In this document: piece after piece, positions 1 to 6,831 of the stretch
Numbering within the stretch: the stretch's first letter is position 1
Layout: every line of letters starts with the position of its first letter
Assembly (NCBI GenBank): GCA_022571295.1
Contig: JACZYA010000001.1
Location: 1-60,680, forward strand
Reading direction: 5' to 3'
Source of the DNA: Acidobacteriota bacterium
Lineage (GTDB): Bacteria; Acidobacteriota; Terriglobia; Acidiferrales; 2-02-FULL-67-57
DNA length: 60,680 bases
Program-made: the position numbers and the translations under genes
The notes under the pieces: model-generated
What the model saw: the letters and a program-made list of their open reading frames with translations, nothing else
The model's database searches: none
What the model was told of the DNA's origin: nothing

Positions 1-1050
1 CTTGACGAACTCGGTCGCCAGCGCCTGCTTGTCCGAGCCGGCGAGCACGGCGATCGCCTGGCCCCAGCGGATGCCGCCCTCCTCGGGCACCAGCCAGTCG
101 AGCGCCGGGTTGTCGGCGTTGAGCGCGGCGACCAGGAACTCGCCGCCGCCGGCGACGATATCGACGGCGCCGGTCACCAGCGCGTTCTGCACCGCCGCGG
201 CGTTGCCGACGAGGGCGGCGAGGCGCTTGAGCTCGAGAAGCCTGGGGCCGAGCGCCGAAAGCTTCTCCACGGTCAGCGCCGCCGGCGCGACGCCGAGCGC
301 CAGGCCGACCAACCCGATCACCGCGATATGGTCGTCGTAGACCGCGATGCGGCCGGCGAATCGCGGGTCCCACAGCGCCGAAAGGTGGCCGATGTCGGCC
401 GCCGCCACCCGCTCGGCGCTGATGCCGCCCCGCGACCGCTGCGCGAACACCTCCGGCAGCCGGTTGCTCCGAAACGCGCTCTGGTGGAACGGCGTTCGCA
501 CCGTGCCCGGGCACACCACCACCACCCGCACCCCTGCCTGAGCCAGCTCCATACGCAGACCGGTGGAAAAAGCGTTGAGCGCAAACTTGCTGGCGCAGTA
601 ACCGGTCAGGTACGGAATCGCCAGTTTGCCCGCCACCGAGGAAATGTTGACCACCATCCCCCGCCGCTCGCGCAAATCCGGCAGCGCCTCCCGGATGCAC
701 CGCACCACTCCGAAAAAGTTGACCTTCCACATCTGTTCGAAGTCCGCCCACGCCATCTCTGCCACCGAAGCGTAAAGGCCCACGCCGGCGTTGTTCACCA
801 GGATGTCCAATCCACCGAAGTGCTCCCGCGTGCGCGCCATCAAACGCTTCACCTGCTCGGCATCGGTCACGTCGGTCGGCACCGCCAGCGCTCGCTCGCT
901 TCCCAACTCCTCCGCCAACGCTTCCAACTTCTCTTCTGAGCGCGCCGCCAACACCACCCGCGCCCCTTCGCCCGCAAACCGGCGGGCGATGGCGGCGCCG
1001 ATTCCCTCTGACGCTCCGGTAATCACAGCAACTTGGTTGCTTAGTTTCAT
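1..1050 (-). CDS. Open-ended ORF: classical short-chain dehydrogenase/reductase (about nt 395-1050) continuing in frame into a PotD/PotF-like solute-binding-protein fragment (nt 1 to about 394, runs off the window)
   Basis: Absent from the ORF track because no stop lies inside the window. Minus-strand ATG at 1050-1048 follows GGAGGGG. The translation starts MKLSNQVAVITGASEGIGAAIARRF and shows NNAG, YCASK and PGTVRTPF. Below about nt 395 the same frame reads LSALWDPRFAGRIAVYDD...LVPEEGGIRWGQAIAVLAGSDKQALATEFVK. Confidence 0.7.
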   Translation of the reverse strand, partial: MKLSNQVAVITGASEGIGAAIARRFAGEGARVVLAARSEEKLEALAEELGSERALAVPTDVTDAEQVKRLMARTREHFGGLDILVNNAGVGLYASVAEMAWADFEQMWKVNFFGVVRCIREALPDLRERRGMVVNISSVAGKLAIPYLTGYCASKFALNAFSTGLRMELAQAGVRVVVVCPGTVRTPFHQSAFRSNRLPEVFAQRSRGGISAERVAAADIGHLSALWDPRFAGRIAVYDDHIAVIGLVGLALGVAPAALTVEKLSALGPRLLELKRLAALVGNAAAVQNALVTGAVDIVAGGGEFLVAALNADNPALDWLVPEEGGIRWGQAIAVLAGSDKQALATEFVK

Positions 1051-1294
1051 CACCCCTCCTGGCGCGGACTCGGCACTCTCGGCAGGTGTCCTTTCTATTT
1101 GTCCGGTGGCCTTGGTGTCAACGTCCAAAAGTCTTTCTTATACCAAAGTCACCTGCCTGCTCCGGTAAAAATAGCCACGGCCCTCCATAATACCAACAGG
1201 CATCTAAGGAAAGAGGAGTGCCACAGACCGCCAGCCTTCGACTATGGTAGATTAGTAGCGAGGTTGTACGCACCAAGCGCCACAGGGGCCTGCC

Positions 1295-2773
1295 ATGAAC
1301 AAACCGCAAACGCTGGGGGAGTTGCGCGCAAGCGAATTCGCGCCGGAACGATACGCCGGCCGCAGCGTCCGGGACGAGATGCGCGAAAACGTCCTGGCCC
1401 GGCTCGACCGCGGGCAGGAGATCTTCCCCGGCATCGTCGGCTTCGAAGACAGCGTCACCCCGCAAGTGGTGAACGCCATCCTCTCCAAGCACAACTTCAT
1501 CCTGCTCGGCCTGCGCGGGCAAGCCAAGAGCCGCCTGTTGCGCGCTCTGCAGAATTTCCTCGACCAAGAGCTTCCGGTCATCGCCGGCTGCGAAATCAAC
1601 GACAACCCCTACCACCCGCTCTGCCGCGCCTGCCGGCTGCTGGTGGAGGAGAAGGGCGAGCAGACTCCGATTGCCTACCTGCCCCGCGAGCTGCGCTACG
1701 TGGAGAAACTCGCCACCCCCGACGTCACCATTGCCGACATCATCGGCGACATTGACCCCATCAAAGCCGCCCGCGGCGGCCTGGCGCTCTCCGACGAGCT
1801 CACCATTCACTACGGCCTGCTGCCGCGCGCCAACCGCGGTATCTTCGCCCTCAACGAGCTCCCCGACCTGGCCGCCAAGATTCAGGTCGGCCTCTTCAAC
1901 ATCATGCAGGAGGGCGACATCCAAATCAAAGGCTACCCCGTCCGCCTGCCCCTGGACGTCTTCCTGGTGTTCACCGCCAACCCGGAGGACTACACCGCCC
2001 GCGGCAAAATCATCACTCCCCTCAAAGACCGCATCGGCTCGGAAATCCGCACCCATTACCCCATGACCCGCCCGGAAGGGATTGCGATTACCCAACAGGA
2101 AGCTTGGCTGAAGCGCGACGGCGCCCGCCCGCTCACACTGCCCGCGTTTGTCACCGACATCGTGGAGGAAATCGCCTTCCAGGCGCGCAAGAACAAAAAG
2201 ATCGACAAGCGCTCGGGCGTCAGCCAGCGCATGCCCATCAGCACAATCGAGAACGTGGTCAGCAACGCCGAGCGCCGCTGCCTGCGCGCCCGCGAGAAGG
2301 ACATTGTCCCGCGCATAGGCGACATCTACGCCGCCCTGACGGCGCTGACCGGCAAGTTCGAGCTCGAATATGAAGGCGAGCTGCGCGGCGCCGAGCAGGT
2401 CGCCCACGAGCTCATCCGCGCCGCCATCGCCGCAGTCTTCGAACAGTATTTCGACCACAACTCGCTCCAACAGCTTGTGCAGTATTTTGAGTTAGGCGGC
2501 GCGCTCAAGCTCTCCGAAGAAGACCGCTCGGAAGAGCTGCTCAAGCAGTTGCGCAAGATTCAAGGCCTGGTGGAAAGCACCAGCCACCTGGGTTTCAAAC
2601 CCAAGGACAAGCCGGGCCTGCTGGTGGCCGGCTGCGAGTTTGTGCTGGAAGGGCTGTACGCCCATCGCAAAATTAACCGCAGCGAAGAGCGCGGCTTCTA
2701 TGCCGAAGAGCCCCTGCGGCCGGAACCCGAGCCGCGCCAGCCTGTGCCCCGCCCCCGCCGCTCCTATCAGTGA
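1295..2773 (+). CDS. BchI/ChlI-like (Mg-chelatase/MoxR class) AAA+ ATPase with non-canonical Walker A and B
   Basis: 492-aa ORF. It aligns by eye to BchI: FPGIVGFED, P-loop GLRGQAKS (nt 1508-1531), Walker B GIFALNELPDL (about nt 1838-1867), LVFTANPEDY and PLKDRIGSEI. Confidence 0.85.
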   Translation: MNKPQTLGELRASEFAPERYAGRSVRDEMRENVLARLDRGQEIFPGIVGFEDSVTPQVVNAILSKHNFILLGLRGQAKSRLLRALQNFLDQELPVIAGCEINDNPYHPLCRACRLLVEEKGEQTPIAYLPRELRYVEKLATPDVTIADIIGDIDPIKAARGGLALSDELTIHYGLLPRANRGIFALNELPDLAAKIQVGLFNIMQEGDIQIKGYPVRLPLDVFLVFTANPEDYTARGKIITPLKDRIGSEIRTHYPMTRPEGIAITQQEAWLKRDGARPLTLPAFVTDIVEEIAFQARKNKKIDKRSGVSQRMPISTIENVVSNAERRCLRAREKDIVPRIGDIYAALTALTGKFELEYEGELRGAEQVAHELIRAAIAAVFEQYFDHNSLQQLVQYFELGGALKLSEEDRSEELLKQLRKIQGLVESTSHLGFKPKDKPGLLVAGCEFVLEGLYAHRKINRSEERGFYAEEPLRPEPEPRQPVPRPRRSYQ

Positions 2774-2782
2774 GGCCGCCGC

Positions 2783-4066
2783 ATGCGCTCCACTCACTAC
2801 TCCCGCTACACCGGCACCGAGGCCGACGCCATTGACCTCGACCAGTTGATGTCGAAGCTCTCGGACTTCCTCCTGCAAAGCGGCTTTGAAGCGCAGCGCT
2901 ACGGCTTCCACGAAATAGACTTTGAGCGCACGATGGAGCAGCTTCGCCGGGCGGTGCTGGAGGCGCTCGAATCCGACAATATGATCCCGCCCGAGCTGCG
3001 CCGGCAGATGGAAGAGAACCCCGAGCAGGCCGACGAGCTCTTGAACCAATTACTCCAAAACCTGATCGAGCGCATGGCCGAGGAAGGCTACATTCGCGTG
3101 GACCAGCCCCCGCCGCCCCAGCCCGGCACCGGACAACTGGGCGAGGACCAAAGCCGACAACAAACCCGCTTTGAGTTGACCGACAAGGGCCTGGACTTCC
3201 TGGGCTACAAACAGTTGAAGGACTTGCTAGGCTCGCTGGGCAGGGCCAGCTTCGGCCGCCACGACACCAAAGAACTGGCCACGGGCGTGGAAGTGGCGGG
3301 CGCGCCCAAGCTCTACGAGTTCGGCGACCACCTCAACATCGACATCACTGCTACGTTCAGCGCCAGCATCAAGCGCAACCTGGCCTCGCCTACGGCGGGG
3401 CAGCCCGCCAGCGCCGGCAGTCTGACCTTCCCGCTCGACCTCGACTACCGCGACCTCTACGTCCACCAGTCCGAGTATCAAAGCTCCTGCGCCACCGTTC
3501 TGATGCTCGATTGCAGCCACAGCATGATTCTCTACGGCGAAGACCGCTTCACCCCCGCCAAGAAAGTTGCCCTGGCGCTCGCCCACCTCATCCACACCCA
3601 ATACCCGGGCGACTCGCTCCACCTGGTGTTGTTCCACGATTCCGCCGAAGTGCTGCCGCTGAGGCAGCTGGCCCGCGCGCAGGTGGGCCCCTACTACACC
3701 AACACCCGCGAAGGGCTTCGCCTGGCCCGCCGCCTGCTCAGCTACGAAAACAAAGACATGCGCCAGATCATCATGATTACCGACGGCAAGCCCTCGGCCC
3801 TGACGCTGGAAGACAACCGCATCTACAAGAACGCCTTTGGGCTCGACCCGCTGGTGGTGGACAAGACCCTGAAGGAAGTGGCCCGCTGCCGCCGCTCCGG
3901 CATCATGATCAACACTTTCATGCTGGCCAGCGACTACAACCTGGTGCACTTCGTCCACAAGGTTTGCGAGATTGCCCGCGGCAAAGCCTACTTCACCACT
4001 CCCTACAACCTGGGACAGTACCTGCTGCTCGACTACCTCAACCGCAAGTCCAAGCGCATTCACTAA
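2783..4066 (+). CDS. von Willebrand factor A (vWA, CoxE/ViaA-like) protein, partner of the upstream AAA+ ATPase
   Basis: 427 aa, starting 10 nt after the ATPase stop. MIDAS motif DCSHSM (DxSxS) with downstream MITDGKPS. The N-terminal half is helical and acidic. Confidence 0.85.
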   Translation: MRSTHYSRYTGTEADAIDLDQLMSKLSDFLLQSGFEAQRYGFHEIDFERTMEQLRRAVLEALESDNMIPPELRRQMEENPEQADELLNQLLQNLIERMAEEGYIRVDQPPPPQPGTGQLGEDQSRQQTRFELTDKGLDFLGYKQLKDLLGSLGRASFGRHDTKELATGVEVAGAPKLYEFGDHLNIDITATFSASIKRNLASPTAGQPASAGSLTFPLDLDYRDLYVHQSEYQSSCATVLMLDCSHSMILYGEDRFTPAKKVALALAHLIHTQYPGDSLHLVLFHDSAEVLPLRQLARAQVGPYYTNTREGLRLARRLLSYENKDMRQIIMITDGKPSALTLEDNRIYKNAFGLDPLVVDKTLKEVARCRRSGIMINTFMLASDYNLVHFVHKVCEIARGKAYFTTPYNLGQYLLLDYLNRKSKRIH

Positions 4067-4369
4067 CCCCCCGCACACAAATCGCAGCCGGCAGCGCTCG
4101 CAGCACCCGACAGCAGGGCAGGCATTCTTGTCTGTCCCGTTGAGCGGGGTGGTCTGCCGAAAACGGGAGAGGAATAGCATCTACCCTACATGAATTCGAA
4201 AAGGCCGACGATGAACCCGGCCCCTCAGAAAGCTCAGAACAGGAGGGACAGAAGATGCGGGTGCCCCGCCGTTGGCGGGATAAACTCCGCACCTCTTCCG
4301 GGCGAGAGATTTTGGCCGGTGGGGCAAGACGGGTTCATCGCCGCTACCACAAGCAGGCAGAAGTAGCGG

Positions 4370-4410
4370 CGAAGAATCCGCCGCGGCGGATTCTTCGTCG
4401 GCTTTTCATT
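4370..4410 (+). terminator. Perfect 28-nt palindrome followed by a short T-run; terminator or attenuator-like hairpin
   Basis: CGAAGAATCCGCCG/CGGCGGATTCTTCG at 4370-4397, then TCGGCTTTTCATT. It lies about 90 nt upstream of the 4488 start codon. Confidence 0.4.
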
Positions 4411-4487
4411 CGCTTCTCCCTGCCTGCGGCATCGCGTAAGATAGCCTCTCGCAATCCAGTAAACTCACTTGGAAGGAGGGGGACTGC

Positions 4488-5846
4488 GTGCCCGGCGAGC
4501 GGCTGGTAGTAATTGGCGGGGTAGCGGCGGGGATGAGCGCGGCCAGCCGCGCCCGTCGCCTCAGCCCTCAAATGGAAGTGGTGGTGCTCGAAAAGGGCGA
4601 CCATGTCTCCTATGGCGCCTGCGGGCTCACCTTTCTGGTTTCCGGCCTCGTCCCCCGCCCCGAAGACCTGATCGTTTTCACCCCGGAGCGTCTGCGGGCC
4701 GAGCGCGGGCTGGACGTGCGCACCCGACACGAAGCGGTGGAGATTGTAACGGCCCAGAAAATCGTCCGCGTCCGCCGCGGCTCGGAGCTTTTCCCTCTGA
4801 AATACGACAAGCTGGTCATCACCACCGGCGGCGCTCCCGCCCAGTCCATTCCCGGCGCCGACCGTCCCGGAGTTTTCACCTGCAACAATCTTGCTTCGGC
4901 CCTGGAACTGCGCCGCTTCCTCGATGAGCAACGTCCCCGGCGCGGCGTCGTCATCGGCAGCGGTTACATCGGGCTGGAAGCAGCCGAAGCTCTGCGTCGC
5001 CGCCAACTGGACGTGACCGTGCTGGAGCGCTCCGAAAATTTACTGGAAGACATGGAACCGGAAATCGTGGAGCAGGTAGCCGAGCGGCTGGCCGCCCACG
5101 GCGTCCGCATTCAACTCAAAGCTGCGGTCAACTCCATCGAATCGGCCCCGGACGGCTCGCTCAGCGTGGTTCACAACTCTCGCAGCGTTCTCCCCGCCGA
5201 CGTCATCGTAGTGGCCACCGGCCTGGTTCCCCAGGCCGAACTGGCGGCGCAAGCGGGAGTTCTGCTCGGCACCAGTGGCGCCATTCGCACCGACGACCGC
5301 CAGCAGACCAACGTCCCCAGCATCTACGCCGCAGGCGACTGCGTGGAGACCCTCCAACTGGTCAGCAACGCGCCCACTTACATGCCTCTTGGCACCACCG
5401 CCAACAAGCAGGGCCGGGTGGCGGGGGAAAACGCCGCCGGGGGGAACGCCACCTTCCCCGGCATCGTCGGCACCCTGGTGACCAAGGTGTTTGAATTGGA
5501 AGTCGCCAAGACCGGGCTCAGTGTTGCCTCCGCCCGCGCGGCCGGTTTTTCGGTGGAGGCGATCACCGTGAACAGTTTTTCGCAGGCCAAGTATCTCCAG
5601 GGCAAACCCCTGTGCGCCAAGCTGGTGGCCGATCGCAGCAGCGGCCGCTTGCTGGGCGCGCAGCTCGCGGGCGAAGAAGGCGCCGCCCGCCGGGTGGACG
5701 TGGTGGCCACCGCCTTGACCGCCCGCATGACTCTCGCGGAATTCGTCCACCTCGACTTGGGTTACGCCCCGCCCTTCGGGCCCGTCTATGACCCGCTGCT
5801 GATTGCCGCCTGGGAGTTGCTGAAAAAGCTGGGGCGTCGCCGCTAA
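4488..5846 (+). CDS. FAD-dependent pyridine nucleotide-disulfide oxidoreductase, CoA-disulfide reductase / NADH oxidase family
   Basis: 452 aa with a GTG start behind GGAAGGAGGGGG. Dinucleotide-binding motifs VVIGGVAAG and VIGSGYIGLEAAEAL are present. The redox Cys sits in SYGACGL. Confidence 0.85.
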   Translation: MPGERLVVIGGVAAGMSAASRARRLSPQMEVVVLEKGDHVSYGACGLTFLVSGLVPRPEDLIVFTPERLRAERGLDVRTRHEAVEIVTAQKIVRVRRGSELFPLKYDKLVITTGGAPAQSIPGADRPGVFTCNNLASALELRRFLDEQRPRRGVVIGSGYIGLEAAEALRRRQLDVTVLERSENLLEDMEPEIVEQVAERLAAHGVRIQLKAAVNSIESAPDGSLSVVHNSRSVLPADVIVVATGLVPQAELAAQAGVLLGTSGAIRTDDRQQTNVPSIYAAGDCVETLQLVSNAPTYMPLGTTANKQGRVAGENAAGGNATFPGIVGTLVTKVFELEVAKTGLSVASARAAGFSVEAITVNSFSQAKYLQGKPLCAKLVADRSSGRLLGAQLAGEEGAARRVDVVATALTARMTLAEFVHLDLGYAPPFGPVYDPLLIAAWELLKKLGRRR

Positions 5847-5899
5847 ACTCTGCCGGCAAAAGTTCGATCTGCTAAGATTGGCACTGGAGGGCGGGCAAC

Positions 5900-6439
5900 A
5901 TGGCTCTTGGCTGGTTGTCAAAATTATTCACCGGAGGCGGTTCGATGCAGGCATTGGAAACGGGTGCGCTGGCCCCGAGGTTCACGCTCAAAGACGCGGA
6001 GGGAAAAACGCATTCGCTGGCTGAAGCTCTCCAGCGCGGGCCGGTGCTGCTGGCTTTCTTCAAAGAGAGCTGCCCGGTCTGCCAGTTCACCTTTCCTTTC
6101 CTGGAGCGCATCCACCAGGGACTCAACGGCACCGGCAACGCGCGCGTCTGGGGCATCTCCCAGGACGATGCCCGCGACACCCGCGACTTTGCCCGCGAGC
6201 AGGGCTGCACCTTCCCCCTGCTGCTCGACCAGGAGGGCTACACGGTCTCGAACCAGTATGGCCTGACCAACGTCCCCACCCTTTTCCTGATACAGCCCGA
6301 CGGCAAGATTCAGGTTTCCGCGGTGGGCTTCGAGCGGAAAGCGCTGGAAACTGCGGCGGCTGCATTCGGGCAGATTGCGGGACAACCTATCACCGTCTTC
6401 CAACCCACCGATGCCGTCCCCGACTACACGCCCGGTTGA
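5900..6439 (+). CDS. Thioredoxin-fold redoxin (AhpC/TSA-TlpA-like) with CxxC motif
   Basis: 179 aa. LLAFFKESCPVCQFTFP shows CPVC in a thioredoxin-fold context. It is co-directional with the flavoprotein, 53 nt downstream. Confidence 0.8.
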   Translation: MALGWLSKLFTGGGSMQALETGALAPRFTLKDAEGKTHSLAEALQRGPVLLAFFKESCPVCQFTFPFLERIHQGLNGTGNARVWGISQDDARDTRDFAREQGCTFPLLLDQEGYTVSNQYGLTNVPTLFLIQPDGKIQVSAVGFERKALETAAAAFGQIAGQPITVFQPTDAVPDYTPG

Positions 6440-6444
6440 GGGTC

Positions 6445-6473
6445 GAAGAACTAATCCCCGGCGGGGATTCTTC
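6445..6473. terminator. Hairpin between convergent transcripts, related in sequence to the 4370-4397 palindrome
   Basis: GAAGAA-CTA-ATCCCCG-G-CGGGGATTCTTC begins 6 nt after the redoxin stop. It also lies downstream of the minus-strand small ORF and tRNA-Sec. No clear T-run on either side. Confidence 0.35.
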
Positions 6474-6517
6474 TGCCTTCCTGAGAGCTTAGCGCAGAAA
6501 CGCAGGCGAGCTTTTCT

Positions 6518-6691
6518 TCAGAGCCGGCCCTCGGAGGCTTTTTCTAGTTCGCGCTTCTTGTGCTTGGGAGGTTTTTTCTTCTTGGAGGGAACCACGCGCT
6601 CGGGCGGCGGCGCACCAATCACGGCCCGTGCCAGCCGGCGCGCCTGCCCGGCAGAGTCATAAACACGCTTCTTTCGTTTGCGCCGCGCCAT
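6518..6691 (-). CDS. Hypothetical 57-aa lysine/arginine-rich protein
   Basis: ATG at 6691-6689. Translation: MARRKRKKRVYDSAGQARRLARAVIGAPPPERVVPSKKKKPPKHKKRELEKASEGRL. It starts 9 nt after the tRNA-Sec 3' end and ends before the 6445-6473 hairpin. No family recognised. Confidence 0.35.
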   Translation of the reverse strand: MARRKRKKRVYDSAGQARRLARAVIGAPPPERVVPSKKKKPPKHKKRELEKASEGRL

Positions 6692-6700
6692 TGGAAACGG

Positions 6701-6800
6701 TGGCGGAAGGGTATGGGAGTCGAACCCATCGTCCCCCGACATACGCCGAAGGACCACCGGCTTTGAAGGCCGGGAGAATCACCGGACCCTGCACCCCTCC
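6701..6800 (-). tRNA. selC: tRNA-Sec (selenocysteine, anticodon UCA)
   Basis: The reverse complement folds as GGAGGGGU-GC-AGGGUC-CGGU-GAUUCU-C-CCGGC-CUUCAAA-GCCGG-UG-GUCCUUCGGC-GUAU-GUCGGGGGAC-G-AUGGG-UUCGACU-CCCAU-ACCCUUCC-G-CCA. That gives an 8-bp acceptor stem, a 6-bp D stem with 4-nt loop and anticodon UCA. It also has a 24-nt extra arm, a 5-bp T stem and an encoded CCA. Confidence 0.9.
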
Positions 6801-6831
6801 ACCGGAAAAACAATTATACCCCAGGAGGAAA

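Noticed and set aside
1118-2470. 450-aa minus-strand ORF antisense to the AAA+ ATPase gene
   Set aside because: It has a low-complexity Ala/Gly/Val/Asp-rich translation with no motifs, and it fully overlaps a well-supported gene. This is a typical shadow ORF in GC-rich DNA.
4255-4509. 84-codon ORF with a strong SD (MRVPRRWRDKLRTSSGRE...)
   Set aside because: It is extremely Arg-rich, spans two strong hairpins including a perfect 28-nt palindrome, and overlaps the next gene's start. It is more likely a structured non-coding leader. It is kept as part of a finding rather than called as a CDS.
4488-6439. Selenoprotein candidates next to tRNA-Sec
   Set aside because: Both redox genes have Cys at the active-site positions (SYGACGL; CPVC). 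Both are uninterrupted ORFs with no in-frame TGA, and no split same-frame ORF pair was seen in the flanking 2 kb.
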